Source: Candidatus Magasanikiibacteriota bacterium
GTDB taxonomy: Bacteria > Patescibacteriota > Patescibacteriia > Magasanikbacterales > UBA922
Assembly (NCBI GenBank): GCA_041665025.1
Contig: JBAYJP010000002.1
Span: forward strand, 128,691 to 192,690
DNA length: 64,000 nucleotides
Direction: 5' to 3'
In this document: one piece after another, positions 36,198 to 46,818 of the stretch
Position numbering within the stretch: position 1 is the first letter of the stretch
Layout of the letters: every line of letters starts with the position of its first letter
Program-made: the position numbers and the translations under genes
Notes under the pieces: model-generated
Database searches by the model: none
What the model was told of the DNA's origin: nothing
The model's input: the letters and a program-made list of their open reading frames with translations, nothing else

Positions 36198-36331
36198 ATT
36201 TTACCTTAAGTTAGCCAAATTTATTATTTTTTACCTTTTTTAGCCAACTTAAAAGATACCCTATAAGGTATCCATATCAGTTGACGCAGAAGTGTATCAC
36301 AAAATGGCAATTTTGTCAATAGTTTGATACA

Positions 36332-39223
36332 ATGTATCCAATTACATATATGCCAATTCCACACCTACAAAAACGAATATATGGGTATGTGAGACGTTCG
36401 ACAGGCAGAGAGCCCAAACAAGGACGTCCGCCAAGAAGCCCGAAACGACGCTTTAAAGGCCTCAAAAAGCGCCTTGTCCTTGGCCTCATAATCGCAGGTG
36501 TCCTTGGATTCTTGTTTTTAACAGTACTTGTGGCCTGGACAAGCAAAGACTTACCCAATCCTGACCGGCTCCTGGACAGCTCTATAGCCCAAAGCACTAA
36601 AATCTATGATAGAACAGGTGAACATCTCTTGTACGAAATTTTTGCCCAAGAAAAACGCACCATTATCGAATTCGAGGAGGTACCAAAAGATTTGGTGAAC
36701 GGCGTAATTGCAACTGAAGATACAAAATTTTATGAACATAAAGGCATCCGTCCATTAAGCATTTTGCGCGCTTTTGTATATGGCGTATTTACAAATAAAC
36801 GCATAAGTGGTACATCCACGCTCACTCAACAATTGGTAAAAAATGCAATTTTGACAAATGAACGATCACTGACTCGAAAAATAAAAGAAGCCATTTTGTC
36901 TATACGTCTTGAACAAAAATATACCAAAGACCAAATTCTTAAAATCTATTTTAATGAGATCCCCTATGGATCTACCAACTACGGCGTAGAAGCTGCTGCT
37001 CAAAGTTATTTTGGCAAACATGTGTCTGATTTAACGCTTGCAGAAAGTGCAACGCTTGCTGGATTCCCCAAAGCACCTTCAAAATACTTGAATGATCCTG
37101 ACAGTTTGAAACAGCGCAGGGATTTTGTATTACGCAGGATGTTTGAAGAGGGATACATCACAGAAGAGCAAAAAAATACCGCGCAAGCGGAAGCTTTGAC
37201 TCTTACTCAACATTATGGAGAAATCAAAGCTCCTCACTTTGTCTTGCACGTAAAACAATTGCTTATCGAACAATACGGACTGGAAGAATCCAAAGTTGAA
37301 AAAGGTGGATTAAAAGTTATTACCACACTTGACTGGGACAAACAACAAATTGCAGAAAAAGTTATTTCTGAAGATAGTTTGCCTATACTTGAAAAAGCTG
37401 AGGCGGATAATGCTGCACTGGTCGCCCTTGATCCAAAGACTGGACAAATACTTGCACTCGTTGGATCGCGAGATTTTAATAATGATGAAATAAAAGGAAA
37501 ATTTAATGTGGTCACCCAAGGAAAACGACAGCCGGGTTCGTCATTTAAACCCATTATTTATTCCGCTGCATTTGAAAAAGGATATACGCCAGATACCATT
37601 CTTTTTGATGTAACCACAAACTTTGCCATGTCTGGAAAACCATACACTCCACAAAATTATGACGGCAAAGAATATGGGCCACTTACTATGCGCCAAGCAT
37701 TGCAAGGTTCACTCAATATTCCTGCGGTGCAAACATTGTATTTGGTTGGACCAAAAAAAGGCGTGGAGTTTGCACAACGACTCGGATACACCACACTAAA
37801 CGAGGGAGAATTTGGTCTCACACTGGTTCTGGGAGGTGGCGAGGTCAAGCTTCTTGAACACACCAATGCATATGCAACATTTGCAAATAACGGTTTGCAA
37901 CACACACCAACTGCGGTACTTAAAATTGAAGATCCGACAGGAAAAACATTGTATGAGTGGAAAAAAGATAATGGCAAACGCGTGATAGAACCTGAAATTG
38001 CCGCGACTATAAGTAATGTGCTCAGTGACGACGGTGCACGCTCATACATATTTGGTGCAAATGGAATACTCACACTACCCGGCAGACCGGTGGCAGTAAA
38101 AACGGGTACTACAAACAATTATGTTGATACGTGGACAGTTGGATTTACTCCAAGTCTTGTTACGGGCATCTGGGTTGGCAATACTGACAACACTCCAATG
38201 AAATTCGGAAATAGCAGTGCAGCTGTAGCAGCTCCGCTGTGGAATTCTTTTATGAAACAGTCACTTGAGGGCACACCCGTAGAACAATTTCCAACTCCTC
38301 CGGCAAATGATGCAGACAAACCAATTTTACGAGGTTCACTCGGCGGATCAATAAAATTATTAGTGGACAAGGCAACAGGAAAACGCGCATCAAGTTCAAC
38401 ACCAGAAAATTTAATTGAAGAAAAGACATTTATTCCACCGCACTCTGTTCTTCATTATGTACAAAAAGAAGATCCGCGCGGAGATCCTCCCACAAATCCT
38501 GCAGACGACCCACAATATGAACGATGGGAAGCCTCTATACAAGATTGGATCAAACGAAAAAAAGAACAAGACCCCAATTGGAATGTTTCATTTGAAGAAC
38601 CTCCAACTGAATATGATGATGAACATTCCCTTGAGCTTATTCCCATGGTCGAAATTCTCTCGCCTACCGAAGGGCAAATTCTCACTGACCGACGTATTAT
38701 CACAAGCATTATCGCAAGCGCACCACGAGGCGTAACACAAGTTACATACAAGATTGATGGCGTATATGTTGGAGTTATAACGCAACACCCATTTAATCTC
38801 GATTATACTGCTGAAAATCTTGATTCAGGAGAGCATACGCTTACGGTCATTGTGGAGGATGACATCCGTAATCGCGCTGAAAAAGATATTAAGTTTTTAT
38901 TAAACACAGACCCGCTAGCTCCTGGAGTTACATTTAGTAAATCTCTTGGAACTATGTCTGTAAATTCATTCCCCCAAACACTATATTTAGATTATCACAA
39001 ACTCAATGAAATCGAAGAAACACGATTATATATTAAAAAAGATGGCAGTAATGACAAACAACTTGTAACAAAAACGGATGACTTCTCAAACATGTTCAAT
39101 AGCCAGCTCGTGCTTAATTGGAATACTGCACCAGATAAAGGCTCATACGATGTAATACTTGAAGTAGTGGCGCAAGGTGGGGACACAAGAGAAAGTGACA
39201 AACAAAAAATTATTATTAACTAG
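36332..39223 (+). CDS. Class A penicillin-binding protein (transglycosylase + transpeptidase) with a long C-terminal extension
   Basis: GT51 motifs EDTKFYEHKGI, RKxxE. TPase SSFKP, SLN, KTGT. Confidence 0.9.
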   Translation: MYPITYMPIPHLQKRIYGYVRRSTGREPKQGRPPRSPKRRFKGLKKRLVLGLIIAGVLGFLFLTVLVAWTSKDLPNPDRLLDSSIAQSTKIYDRTGEHLLYEIFAQEKRTIIEFEEVPKDLVNGVIATEDTKFYEHKGIRPLSILRAFVYGVFTNKRISGTSTLTQQLVKNAILTNERSLTRKIKEAILSIRLEQKYTKDQILKIYFNEIPYGSTNYGVEAAAQSYFGKHVSDLTLAESATLAGFPKAPSKYLNDPDSLKQRRDFVLRRMFEEGYITEEQKNTAQAEALTLTQHYGEIKAPHFVLHVKQLLIEQYGLEESKVEKGGLKVITTLDWDKQQIAEKVISEDSLPILEKAEADNAALVALDPKTGQILALVGSRDFNNDEIKGKFNVVTQGKRQPGSSFKPIIYSAAFEKGYTPDTILFDVTTNFAMSGKPYTPQNYDGKEYGPLTMRQALQGSLNIPAVQTLYLVGPKKGVEFAQRLGYTTLNEGEFGLTLVLGGGEVKLLEHTNAYATFANNGLQHTPTAVLKIEDPTGKTLYEWKKDNGKRVIEPEIAATISNVLSDDGARSYIFGANGILTLPGRPVAVKTGTTNNYVDTWTVGFTPSLVTGIWVGNTDNTPMKFGNSSAAVAAPLWNSFMKQSLEGTPVEQFPTPPANDADKPILRGSLGGSIKLLVDKATGKRASSSTPENLIEEKTFIPPHSVLHYVQKEDPRGDPPTNPADDPQYERWEASIQDWIKRKKEQDPNWNVSFEEPPTEYDDEHSLELIPMVEILSPTEGQILTDRRIITSIIASAPRGVTQVTYKIDGVYVGVITQHPFNLDYTAENLDSGEHTLTVIVEDDIRNRAEKDIKFLLNTDPLAPGVTFSKSLGTMSVNSFPQTLYLDYHKLNEIEETRLYIKKDGSNDKQLVTKTDDFSNMFNSQLVLNWNTAPDKGSYDVILEVVAQGGDTRESDKQKIIIN

Positions 39224-39350
39224 TATCTCCCAATTTCGGTTTATAATGAATAATACATAGAACGCGAATGTAACAAATTAAACGAATACAAACGAATTCG
39301 TCTTAATTTGTTAGATTCGTTCAATTCGTGTTACATTATCTTACTATTCT

Positions 39351-40532
39351 ATGCAGCTTAAAAATAAAGTTTTGCTTATTGCTTTGTTCACCTTGGGCAT
39401 ATTTTTATTCACCACCCAAAAAGCACATGCCGGTGGCTGCACAATACTCTCCGAGGGTGACCTATTCAAAACAACAAACAATCCAGCCGTATTCCTTGTC
39501 AAAAAAGTAAATGGCACACTCAAACGCCAAAGCTTTTTTTCTGATCAAATATACAAGACTTGGTACAATGATTTTTCTACGGTAAAAACGATCGACCCTC
39601 TCTGTGTAGACAATTATCCGAATGGTGGTGCAGTTCCGCTTCGTTCGGGTGTATATATGGTAAAATCCGTTATTAGTCCACGTGTATACGCCGTGCTTCC
39701 TAGCGGAGTGCTGGGACGAATCAACAACGAAATAGAGGCCACAAAACTATACGGGGCAAACTGGAGCTCGTGGCTCATCGATATCCCAGATTCTTACTTT
39801 GATACATTTTCTGTACAAACAGAACCGCTCAATACAAACACTCCTCACAACGGACAAGTCATTCGCGTAGAAGGAAGAAACACATTATATTATGTTGACG
39901 ACGGAAAAGTGTACAAAATGGATGGCACAACGACCGTAATCGCACGACATACAATTACCATTAATGATTCAACATTTGATCTTCTTAACCAAGTGGGACA
40001 AACCATTACTCAAGATGAAATTATAGATCGTCAGTTTGGTTTTAACATCACACCTCTTAGCACTCCAGACACAACTCCCCTTACAACACCTATTACCATA
40101 AACCCCGAAGTGCCTATCACACCAGATCCTGTGCCTGAAACAGTTACCCCAGACAACACAAATATAAACGACACAATACTACTAAGTAAACTTGAACAAG
40201 ATACTATAGATGAATTAAATAATTATAGAAAAGCAAATAACCTAAACATTGTTACGCACGACGACGCACTCTACACTCTCGCACGAGAACACAGCCAATT
40301 TATGCAAGATAATAATATTTTTGAACATGTCGGGTTTGATGAACGGTTTGAGCGCGCCAATCGCATGCTCTGTGTAGAAAATCTTGCGTGGAATTATCAA
40401 AGCGCGTACAGCGTGGTGTGGCAAGGATGGAAAAATTCTCCTGGTCACAATGTGAATATGCTTCAACCAGAAATAACAATAGTTGGCATGGCGTGGGTGG
40501 GGCCGTATGTAACCATGTTTGCGTGTAAGTAA
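39351..40532 (+). CDS. Secreted protein with a C-terminal CAP/SCP (PR-1-like) domain
   Basis: Signal peptide. The C-terminal block NNYRKANNL...HSQFM..GHNVNML matches the CAP-domain HxxxM/GHY-type motifs. Confidence 0.7.
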   Translation: MQLKNKVLLIALFTLGIFLFTTQKAHAGGCTILSEGDLFKTTNNPAVFLVKKVNGTLKRQSFFSDQIYKTWYNDFSTVKTIDPLCVDNYPNGGAVPLRSGVYMVKSVISPRVYAVLPSGVLGRINNEIEATKLYGANWSSWLIDIPDSYFDTFSVQTEPLNTNTPHNGQVIRVEGRNTLYYVDDGKVYKMDGTTTVIARHTITINDSTFDLLNQVGQTITQDEIIDRQFGFNITPLSTPDTTPLTTPITINPEVPITPDPVPETVTPDNTNINDTILLSKLEQDTIDELNNYRKANNLNIVTHDDALYTLAREHSQFMQDNNIFEHVGFDERFERANRMLCVENLAWNYQSAYSVVWQGWKNSPGHNVNMLQPEITIVGMAWVGPYVTMFACK

Positions 40533-40600
40533 ATATAAAGAATAAAACACTCGAATTTAATCGGGTGTTTTTTTATTGAAAAAGTCTCAATTTTTTTAAT

Positions 40601-41737
40601 CTATTGTCGTATCGGCATCACAATATACAAATATTCTTTTTTATTTTTTGGTCTAAAGATACATGGTGCATCAGCGCTATTTACCCCAAACTCGATTTCT
40701 TCTGTTTCCATATGTTGCAAACCATCAAGTACATACCTATGATTGAGTAGTATTGAATTTTCTTCTCCATTTATCTCTACATCGACATCAGACGTGTGTT
40801 CACCTGTTTGGGTACTTGTAGAAGATACACCAATGTTTCCTTGTGAAACATTGAGATCAAATGAAACCGCGTTGACGCCTGTGGTGGTAAACAAACTTGC
40901 GGCCTTTATTTTATTTACCATGATATCGCGACTAAATACCGCGGTTGTCTTAAATTTTTCTGGAATAATCTGGGTGTAATCTGGATATTTTCCGTCTACG
41001 AGCCGACTTACCATTTCAAAATTATCGTAGCGTATTCCAATTTGATTTTCGCTTATCCAAAGCCTCACGCTTTCTTCCCCTTCTTGATTTTTTCCAAGCT
41101 GGAGCAAACGACTTATTTCATATGCAACTTTTGCCGGTATAATACATCGGACGTCTTTATCTTTGCCTTGTTTAAGCGGTACACGTGATTCTGCCAGACG
41201 ATATGAATCTGTGGCTGCCATGATTACACCCTCAAAACGATCACTTAAAAATTGAAAACAGATACCTGAAAGCTCGGGACGTATTTCGTTTTTTGCAACA
41301 GCGATAACTGTTTTACTTATTCCATTTCTAAATTCTTCAGCACCTACGGTGTATGCATGCTCTTCTTCAAGGGCGGGAATGAGAGGATATTCTTCGGCAG
41401 AAGATCCTTTTATTTTGGTACTAGAACTTCCACACACTAGATGAAGTTCATTTTCTTGCAACTCTATTTCAACTTGTTCATTGTTGAGCAGATGTACATA
41501 GTCTGCCAAAGTCTTTGCTGGAACAGTAAACGAGCCTCCCTGTTCTACTTTTGCGCGAAGTTGAGCCCGGATACCAATTTCAAGATTTGTCGCGCTTACC
41601 TCCACGCCCGAGTCTTGTGCTTTGAGTAAAATATTACCCAGGATTGGCAAGTTTGCGTGCTTGCTCGCAAGAGGACTTACCAAATCAAGTATATAAACTA
41701 GATTCTCCCTTGTGCATGTGAACTTCATATGCGCCAC
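40601..41737 (-). CDS. dnaN: DNA polymerase III beta sliding clamp
   Basis: Three-domain 378-aa protein immediately downstream of dnaA. Confidence 0.85.
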   Translation of the reverse strand: MAHMKFTCTRENLVYILDLVSPLASKHANLPILGNILLKAQDSGVEVSATNLEIGIRAQLRAKVEQGGSFTVPAKTLADYVHLLNNEQVEIELQENELHLVCGSSSTKIKGSSAEEYPLIPALEEEHAYTVGAEEFRNGISKTVIAVAKNEIRPELSGICFQFLSDRFEGVIMAATDSYRLAESRVPLKQGKDKDVRCIIPAKVAYEISRLLQLGKNQEGEESVRLWISENQIGIRYDNFEMVSRLVDGKYPDYTQIIPEKFKTTAVFSRDIMVNKIKAASLFTTTGVNAVSFDLNVSQGNIGVSSTSTQTGEHTSDVDVEINGEENSILLNHRYVLDGLQHMETEEIEFGVNSADAPCIFRPKNKKEYLYIVMPIRQ

Positions 41738-42098
41738 GCATTAATAATTATTTATAATCAAAATGGATAAACACAAATTATATCGAGGGTGATTTATTTT
41801 TTCAGTGTGTACAAGTCTCGCGTCGTTGTTCGATTACGTTATATTAAATATTTTAAACTTGTTGTAATAGTAAAGGCTGTGGACAGGGTTAACAAGTGTA
41901 TTTTGTGTGTATGTTTAGCTATTATTTTTTAATTTTGCTGTTGATAGTTTTTGATTGTTTTGGTGTCAGTTTGTGTGTAAGTTTAGTTTTGCATTTTTAG
42001 TTGTTGATATCTATTTTTTTGTTAACACTAATTGCACTGTTTGTTAAAAATTTTTGTTAGGTTATTTTTTAGCCTGTTGATATGTGTCTGGTAAATTT
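41738..42098. other. dnaA-dnaN intergenic AT-rich region (candidate origin unwinding element)
   Basis: Very AT-rich, with repeated TGTTGATA(T) 8-9-mers (x3) and TTTTTAG repeats, plus DnaA-box-like TGGATAAAC / TGTGGACAG. Confidence 0.5.
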
Positions 42099-43496
42099 TT
42101 AGATTTTATTTGCGTATAATCTTTGTTTTATAAGTTCTATATCTTGTTTTAGTTTTAGGTCATTTTCAATTTCCAAAGAAATTTTTGTGTGTGCGTGCAT
42201 TGCTGTTGTGTGGTCTCGTCCGCCAAGTTCGTCTCCAATAGAGGGATACGAAAGTTTTAGTTCTTCACGCAACAGGTACATGATAATTTGTCTGGGGAAC
42301 GCGAGTCTCTTTTCTCTGCTTTTTCCAAGTACGTCGGGAGTTTGGATGTCATAAAACGTGGAAATTTCTTGTATGAGTTCGCGCGGTGTGAGCGAACGTC
42401 GCATATGTTGTTCTTCAAAACTGGTAAGCAGTTGGCGTAAGGATTCTTCGGTTGGTTGAACATTTTTTAGATCATGGTACGCAATAATTTTATTAAGAGC
42501 TCCTTCAAGTTCACGAATATTATTTTGCACATGTGTTGCGATATATTGCAACATGTCGCGTGATATAGAAAATTGGTGTTCCTGAGCTTTCTTTTCGAGA
42601 ATTGCGATGCGAGTTTCAAGATCTGGCGCTGAAATATCAGCAATCATTCCCCACTCCAGTCTGCTGCGCAAGCGATCCTCGAGGGCTGGAATTGCTTTTG
42701 GTGGACGGTCGCTCGTTAATACAATTTGTTTTCCTTGCTGGTGTAATTCGTTGAATGTGTGAAAAAATTCTTCCTGAGTTTGTTCTTTTCCGCCGATGAA
42801 TTGGATGTCATCAATAAGCAACAAATCAACATTGCGGTAGCGGTCTTTGAATTCTTTTGCGCGCCCTTCTTTTACTGATGACACAAACTCATTGGTAAAT
42901 TTTTCTGATGAAACGTATAATATTTTAGTTTGTGGATTGGCTTCAAGCATGGCGTGGCCAATTCCTTGAATAAGGTGTGTTTTGCCCAAACCAACACCAC
43001 CATATATAAATAATGGGTTGTAAGCTTCTCCGGGACGAGAGGCGACTGCTTGAGCGGCGGCATGTGCGAGTTCATTTCCTTTGCCGACCACAAATGTACT
43101 AAATGTATATTTTGGGTTGAGGCCAAACTGTTGTGCGAGTGTTTGTTTCCGCTGAGGAGTGTAAAGGGGTGTGTTGATCGTAGAGATTTTTGGTTGCTCA
43201 GTAGAAGGAGTACATTCTTGTTCTTTGATATTTTTGAGATTATCAACCATGTAATCAATTTTGCGAATTGGTTTGCCGGTGACGCGTTCGAGAATCTGTA
43301 CAATTTTTGCGTGATATTTTTTTTCAAGCCAGCTTTTGGTAAATGCATTGGGTACACATACTGCTACTTGTCCGTTATCGTATTTTGCAATTCCTGTGCT
43401 TTTGAACCATGTAGTAAAGTTTGCTTTGGATAATGAGAGTTCAAATTCTGCCAAAACAGCCTGCCAGATTTCGTAATTAGTCATATTTTGAAACAC
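42099..43496 (-). CDS. dnaA: Chromosomal replication initiator DnaA
   Basis: AAA+ Walker A GGVGLGKTHL, sensor motifs, and a C-terminal DnaA-box-binding domain. Confidence 0.95.
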   Translation of the reverse strand: MFQNMTNYEIWQAVLAEFELSLSKANFTTWFKSTGIAKYDNGQVAVCVPNAFTKSWLEKKYHAKIVQILERVTGKPIRKIDYMVDNLKNIKEQECTPSTEQPKISTINTPLYTPQRKQTLAQQFGLNPKYTFSTFVVGKGNELAHAAAQAVASRPGEAYNPLFIYGGVGLGKTHLIQGIGHAMLEANPQTKILYVSSEKFTNEFVSSVKEGRAKEFKDRYRNVDLLLIDDIQFIGGKEQTQEEFFHTFNELHQQGKQIVLTSDRPPKAIPALEDRLRSRLEWGMIADISAPDLETRIAILEKKAQEHQFSISRDMLQYIATHVQNNIRELEGALNKIIAYHDLKNVQPTEESLRQLLTSFEEQHMRRSLTPRELIQEISTFYDIQTPDVLGKSREKRLAFPRQIIMYLLREELKLSYPSIGDELGGRDHTTAMHAHTKISLEIENDLKLKQDIELIKQRLYANKI

Positions 43497-43778
43497 AGAT
43501 TAGGGACAGATAACACAGATTCTTTTGTTTTTCATTAGTTAATACATTCTATCATATATTAATAATTTAAAAAATCCTCTAAATTAAGGCAAAAGTGCAT
43601 AGAGTGTGGAAAAGCTGTGGATGGTGGGGATAACGTTGACACTTAAGCACGGCAGCACTTAAACTCTTGAGCACCTATATTGACATTTTACAAAAGTTTA
43701 GGTATACTTGTTTCATTCTTATTTATTTTTAAAGTTTGTGCTTAAGTGCTATTGTGCTTAAGTGCTATTGTGAAATGT
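43497..43778. promoter_or_regulatory. Divergent dnaA/rpmH promoter region with a DnaA-box cluster and a palindromic 12-mer repeat
   Basis: AGATAACAC, TGTGGAAAA, TGTGGATGG, GGGATAACG. GCACTTAAGCAC (x2, one orientation) and GTGCTTAAGTGCTATTG x2 direct (43737-43768). Confidence 0.55.
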
Positions 43779-43958
43779 ATGGCAACAAAACGAACATACC
43801 AGCCAAAAAAGCGTAAGAGAGCAAAAACTCATGGTTTTCGATCACGCATGAAGACCAAAGATGGACGTGATGTACTCAAAAGACGCCGAAATAAAGGGAG
43901 AAAGAAGCTTACGGTCAGCGACGAGAAAAAAGGAAAACGAACACGAAAAACACGATAA
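43779..43958 (+). CDS. rpmH: Ribosomal protein L34 with a basic C-terminal extension
   Basis: [46 protein letters not shown]. Confidence 0.85.
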   Translation: MATKRTYQPKKRKRAKTHGFRSRMKTKDGRDVLKRRRNKGRKKLTVSDEKKGKRTRKTR

Positions 43959-44168
43959 AACCTTATAAATAAGCCAAAACTCTCGCCAAAACGGGGGTTT
44001 TGTGTTATTATATTAATAACCAAGGTACAAGAAACCCTAGACCCGGGCCTGAGGGCAAATAAATCTCAAACAATAATCACCAAGATTTTGAATTTGATTA
44101 TTGGAAATTATTTGGAAATTGTATCTTGTGTCCTAGTTTATATGCTTCAACAAATCAACCGGTTAACA

Positions 44169-44519
44169 AGGATGAAGGACTGGGAAATACTCTTTAGAGA
44201 GGGTAAATTTTGTGGTGGGAGGTTTTTGACCGTAAAATACTGGAAAGTACAGCCGGAAAAGTATCCAAAGAGAGATTATACCCAAGATGATTTGAAGATT
44301 GGCTTTGCTGTTGGGTTGAAAATTAGTAAAAGTGCAGTAAAACGCAATAGAGTGAAGCGACAAATGAGAGAAGTTGTTCGGCTTTTGCTAAAAGATGGTA
44401 AGATACATAAAGGGTTTATGGTTGGTGTGCTCGCGAAACCGGAAATTTTGGAGAAAGAATATGAAGATATTGGAAAAGATGTGGTTGAAGTTTTTAGTAG
44501 AGCGCGATTATTAATGTGA
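44169..44519 (+). CDS. rnpA: RNase P protein component
   Basis: Basic RnpA motif region KISKSAVKRNRVKRQMRE. Conserved rpmH-rnpA-yidD synteny. Confidence 0.85.
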   Translation, partial: RMKDWEILFREGKFCGGRFLTVKYWKVQPEKYPKRDYTQDDLKIGFAVGLKISKSAVKRNRVKRQMREVVRLLLKDGKIHKGFMVGVLAKPEILEKEYEDIGKDVVEVFSRARLLM

Positions 44520-44733
44520 TTTTTTGGCTAAGTTTACTGTCATTCCGAGGAGTCGGGCGACGAGGAATCTTTCTTGTTGAAGATTTTGGAAAAACAAAAT
44601 ATATTGATTCAAAAAATTTTATGACAATAAAGATTATTCATCCTGCTGTGGTGGGATTCAAGATGACATATTATTAATCGCAAAAAATAGCTGTATGAAG
44701 CTAATTTTTAAAAAGATAGTTATTATACCGCGC

Positions 44734-44961
44734 ATGCCGGTTCTTTTTTTAATAAAAATATACCAAAAAACTATTTCTCCTGATCACGGGTGGTTTAAAT
44801 CGCGTTTTCCGCATGGATATTGTCGTTTTCACCCTACATGCAGCCAATATGGGTATGAAGTAATAAAAAAAAGAGGACTCCTGGTAGGAGTGCCTAAAGC
44901 TGTATGGAGAGTAATGAGGTGTAATCCGTGGAGTAAGGGAGGAATAGATTTACCTAGGTAA
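44734..44961 (+). CDS. yidD: Membrane protein insertion efficiency factor YidD
   Basis: YQKTISP...CRFHPTCSQYG motif. Confidence 0.85.
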   Translation: MPVLFLIKIYQKTISPDHGWFKSRFPHGYCRFHPTCSQYGYEVIKKRGLLVGVPKAVWRVMRCNPWSKGGIDLPR

Positions 44962-45004
44962 TTTTGAATTTCAAATTTGAAATTTTAAAACAATTTTGAA
45001 TGAT

Positions 45005-45235
45005 TTAATTTTCCATTTGAATTATCTTATTCTTACTCGTCAGTCCCCTGACGATTTTTATTTTAGATTTGGGAAGATTAAAGTGTTCTGATAGCAATTC
45101 AATCAATGCTTCGTTTGCTTTTCCATCTACTGGCGGCGCAGTAAGTTTTACTTTGAGTGTTCCGTCTGCCATTTCTCCCACAACTTCGTTGCGAGAAGAA
45201 CGAGGTAATACTTTTATATGAAGCGTGCGGGGCAT
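45005..45235 (-). CDS. DUF167/YggU-family protein
   Basis: LKVKLTAPPVDGKANEALIELLSEHF. Confidence 0.7.
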   Translation of the reverse strand: MPRTLHIKVLPRSSRNEVVGEMADGTLKVKLTAPPVDGKANEALIELLSEHFNLPKSKIKIVRGLTSKNKIIQMEN

Positions 45236-45360
45236 AGTGGTGAGGTTACATGGAACATTGATTTGACTGATTGAACAAATTATAACAGATTATAATGCAT
45301 ATATAAAACAATCACCCATTTAAGGCGATTGTTTTTGTAATCTGTTAGTCTTTTGATCTT

Positions 45361-46680
45361 TTATTTTTCGTCATGCTCATGTTCATGCACATGCGACTCC
45401 CCTTCCATCACTTTTCCTTTCAAAAATGCAAGTACTTTTTTATTGAGCAACATGGAACGGATACTATCGTGGACTTCTGGCCTGTTGATGTTATCCATGT
45501 ATTCTTTGTTATCTTTATAAACTTTTTTCATCATTTCGATTTCTTTGTTCAATTCATCATCAGATATAGAAAGTTCATGTTCTTTTGCCACTTGGCGTGA
45601 GATAAGGGCGGCTTTGGCACGTTTGGTAGCTTGCTCTTTGAACCCTTCAAAAATTTCTTTTTCAGTCTTTTTTATATCTTGCAGGTATTGTTCAATACTA
45701 ACTCCGTTGCGGTCCAAATCATGTTTGAGTTCATAAAACATTTTCTGGCGTTCTGCGTTGATAAGAACTTCTGGGATTTCATCGAATCCAGATTTTTCAA
45801 TAAGCGTATCAAAGATTTCAATTTCAGCACGCTCTTCTGCTTTGTGTTCTTCCTCGTGTGACAAGTTGTGCTGTAGTAATTCGCGAAGTTTTGCTGTGCT
45901 CTCTTGTCCCAGTGTTTTGGCAAATTCATCAGTTACTTCTGGAAATTGGCGCTGATATACTCCTTTCACTTTTACTTTAAATGTTCCGGTATTTCCTGCA
46001 AGCATTTTGTTGTAATAGTCTTTTGGAAATGGCAAATCAAATTCTTTTTCCTCGCCTTCTTCTACGCCAACCAAAGCGTCATTGAATCCTGGAATATGCT
46101 GGTTTTCGGATAAATATACGTGGTAATCTTTTGCTTGGCCACCCTCAACTGGTACGCCATTCAAATGCAAATCCATGTCTATGGTAACTTTATCTTCTTT
46201 GGTTGATTTTTCTTTTTTCAATACTTCTTTTGCTTGCATTTTGGTTAAATTTTCCAAAACCTCATCAACTTCTTTATCAGTAATTGGTTTTGCTGTTCTT
46301 TTTACTTTTATGGTAGAAAGATCTGCAAGTTTTACTTTTGGTAAGAGTGCGACTTTGGCTTTGTATACGACATCGTTACCCGGTGCGCTTTTTTCAATCG
46401 TAATTTCTGGCATGCCTATGGTATCGAGTTTTTCTTTTTGTATTGTCTGATAAAAACTTTCTTGAACAATTTTTTCAAGGGCTTCTTGTAAAATTTTCAT
46501 TTCACCAACCTCAAGTTTTACCATGTCATAGGGCGCTTTACCAGGACGAAATCCTTTTATTGCGACGCGATCTGAAATGCGGGTAGCTGCACTTTTAAGA
46601 TGTTTTTCATACTCCCCCGGGGTGACGGTAATGGAGAGTTCGACTTGGGATTGTTCGAGTTTTTTGAGTTCGTGTTTCAT
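45361..46680 (-). CDS. tig: Trigger factor
   Basis: N-terminal ribosome-binding GFRPGKAP motif, a central PPIase-like region, and a His/Glu-rich tail. Confidence 0.85.
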   Translation of the reverse strand: MKHELKKLEQSQVELSITVTPGEYEKHLKSAATRISDRVAIKGFRPGKAPYDMVKLEVGEMKILQEALEKIVQESFYQTIQKEKLDTIGMPEITIEKSAPGNDVVYKAKVALLPKVKLADLSTIKVKRTAKPITDKEVDEVLENLTKMQAKEVLKKEKSTKEDKVTIDMDLHLNGVPVEGGQAKDYHVYLSENQHIPGFNDALVGVEEGEEKEFDLPFPKDYYNKMLAGNTGTFKVKVKGVYQRQFPEVTDEFAKTLGQESTAKLRELLQHNLSHEEEHKAEERAEIEIFDTLIEKSGFDEIPEVLINAERQKMFYELKHDLDRNGVSIEQYLQDIKKTEKEIFEGFKEQATKRAKAALISRQVAKEHELSISDDELNKEIEMMKKVYKDNKEYMDNINRPEVHDSIRSMLLNKKVLAFLKGKVMEGESHVHEHEHDEK

Positions 46681-46818
46681 AATTCGAAAGAATTAAGATT
46701 AAGGTTGGCGTAATATAAGGTATTTGGAGGGAAAAGTCAATGGTATATAACAAAACACCCTCCATTTGGAGAGTGTTTTTACTGTATATTCTGTGAACTA
46801 AGGACTATGAACTCCGAA

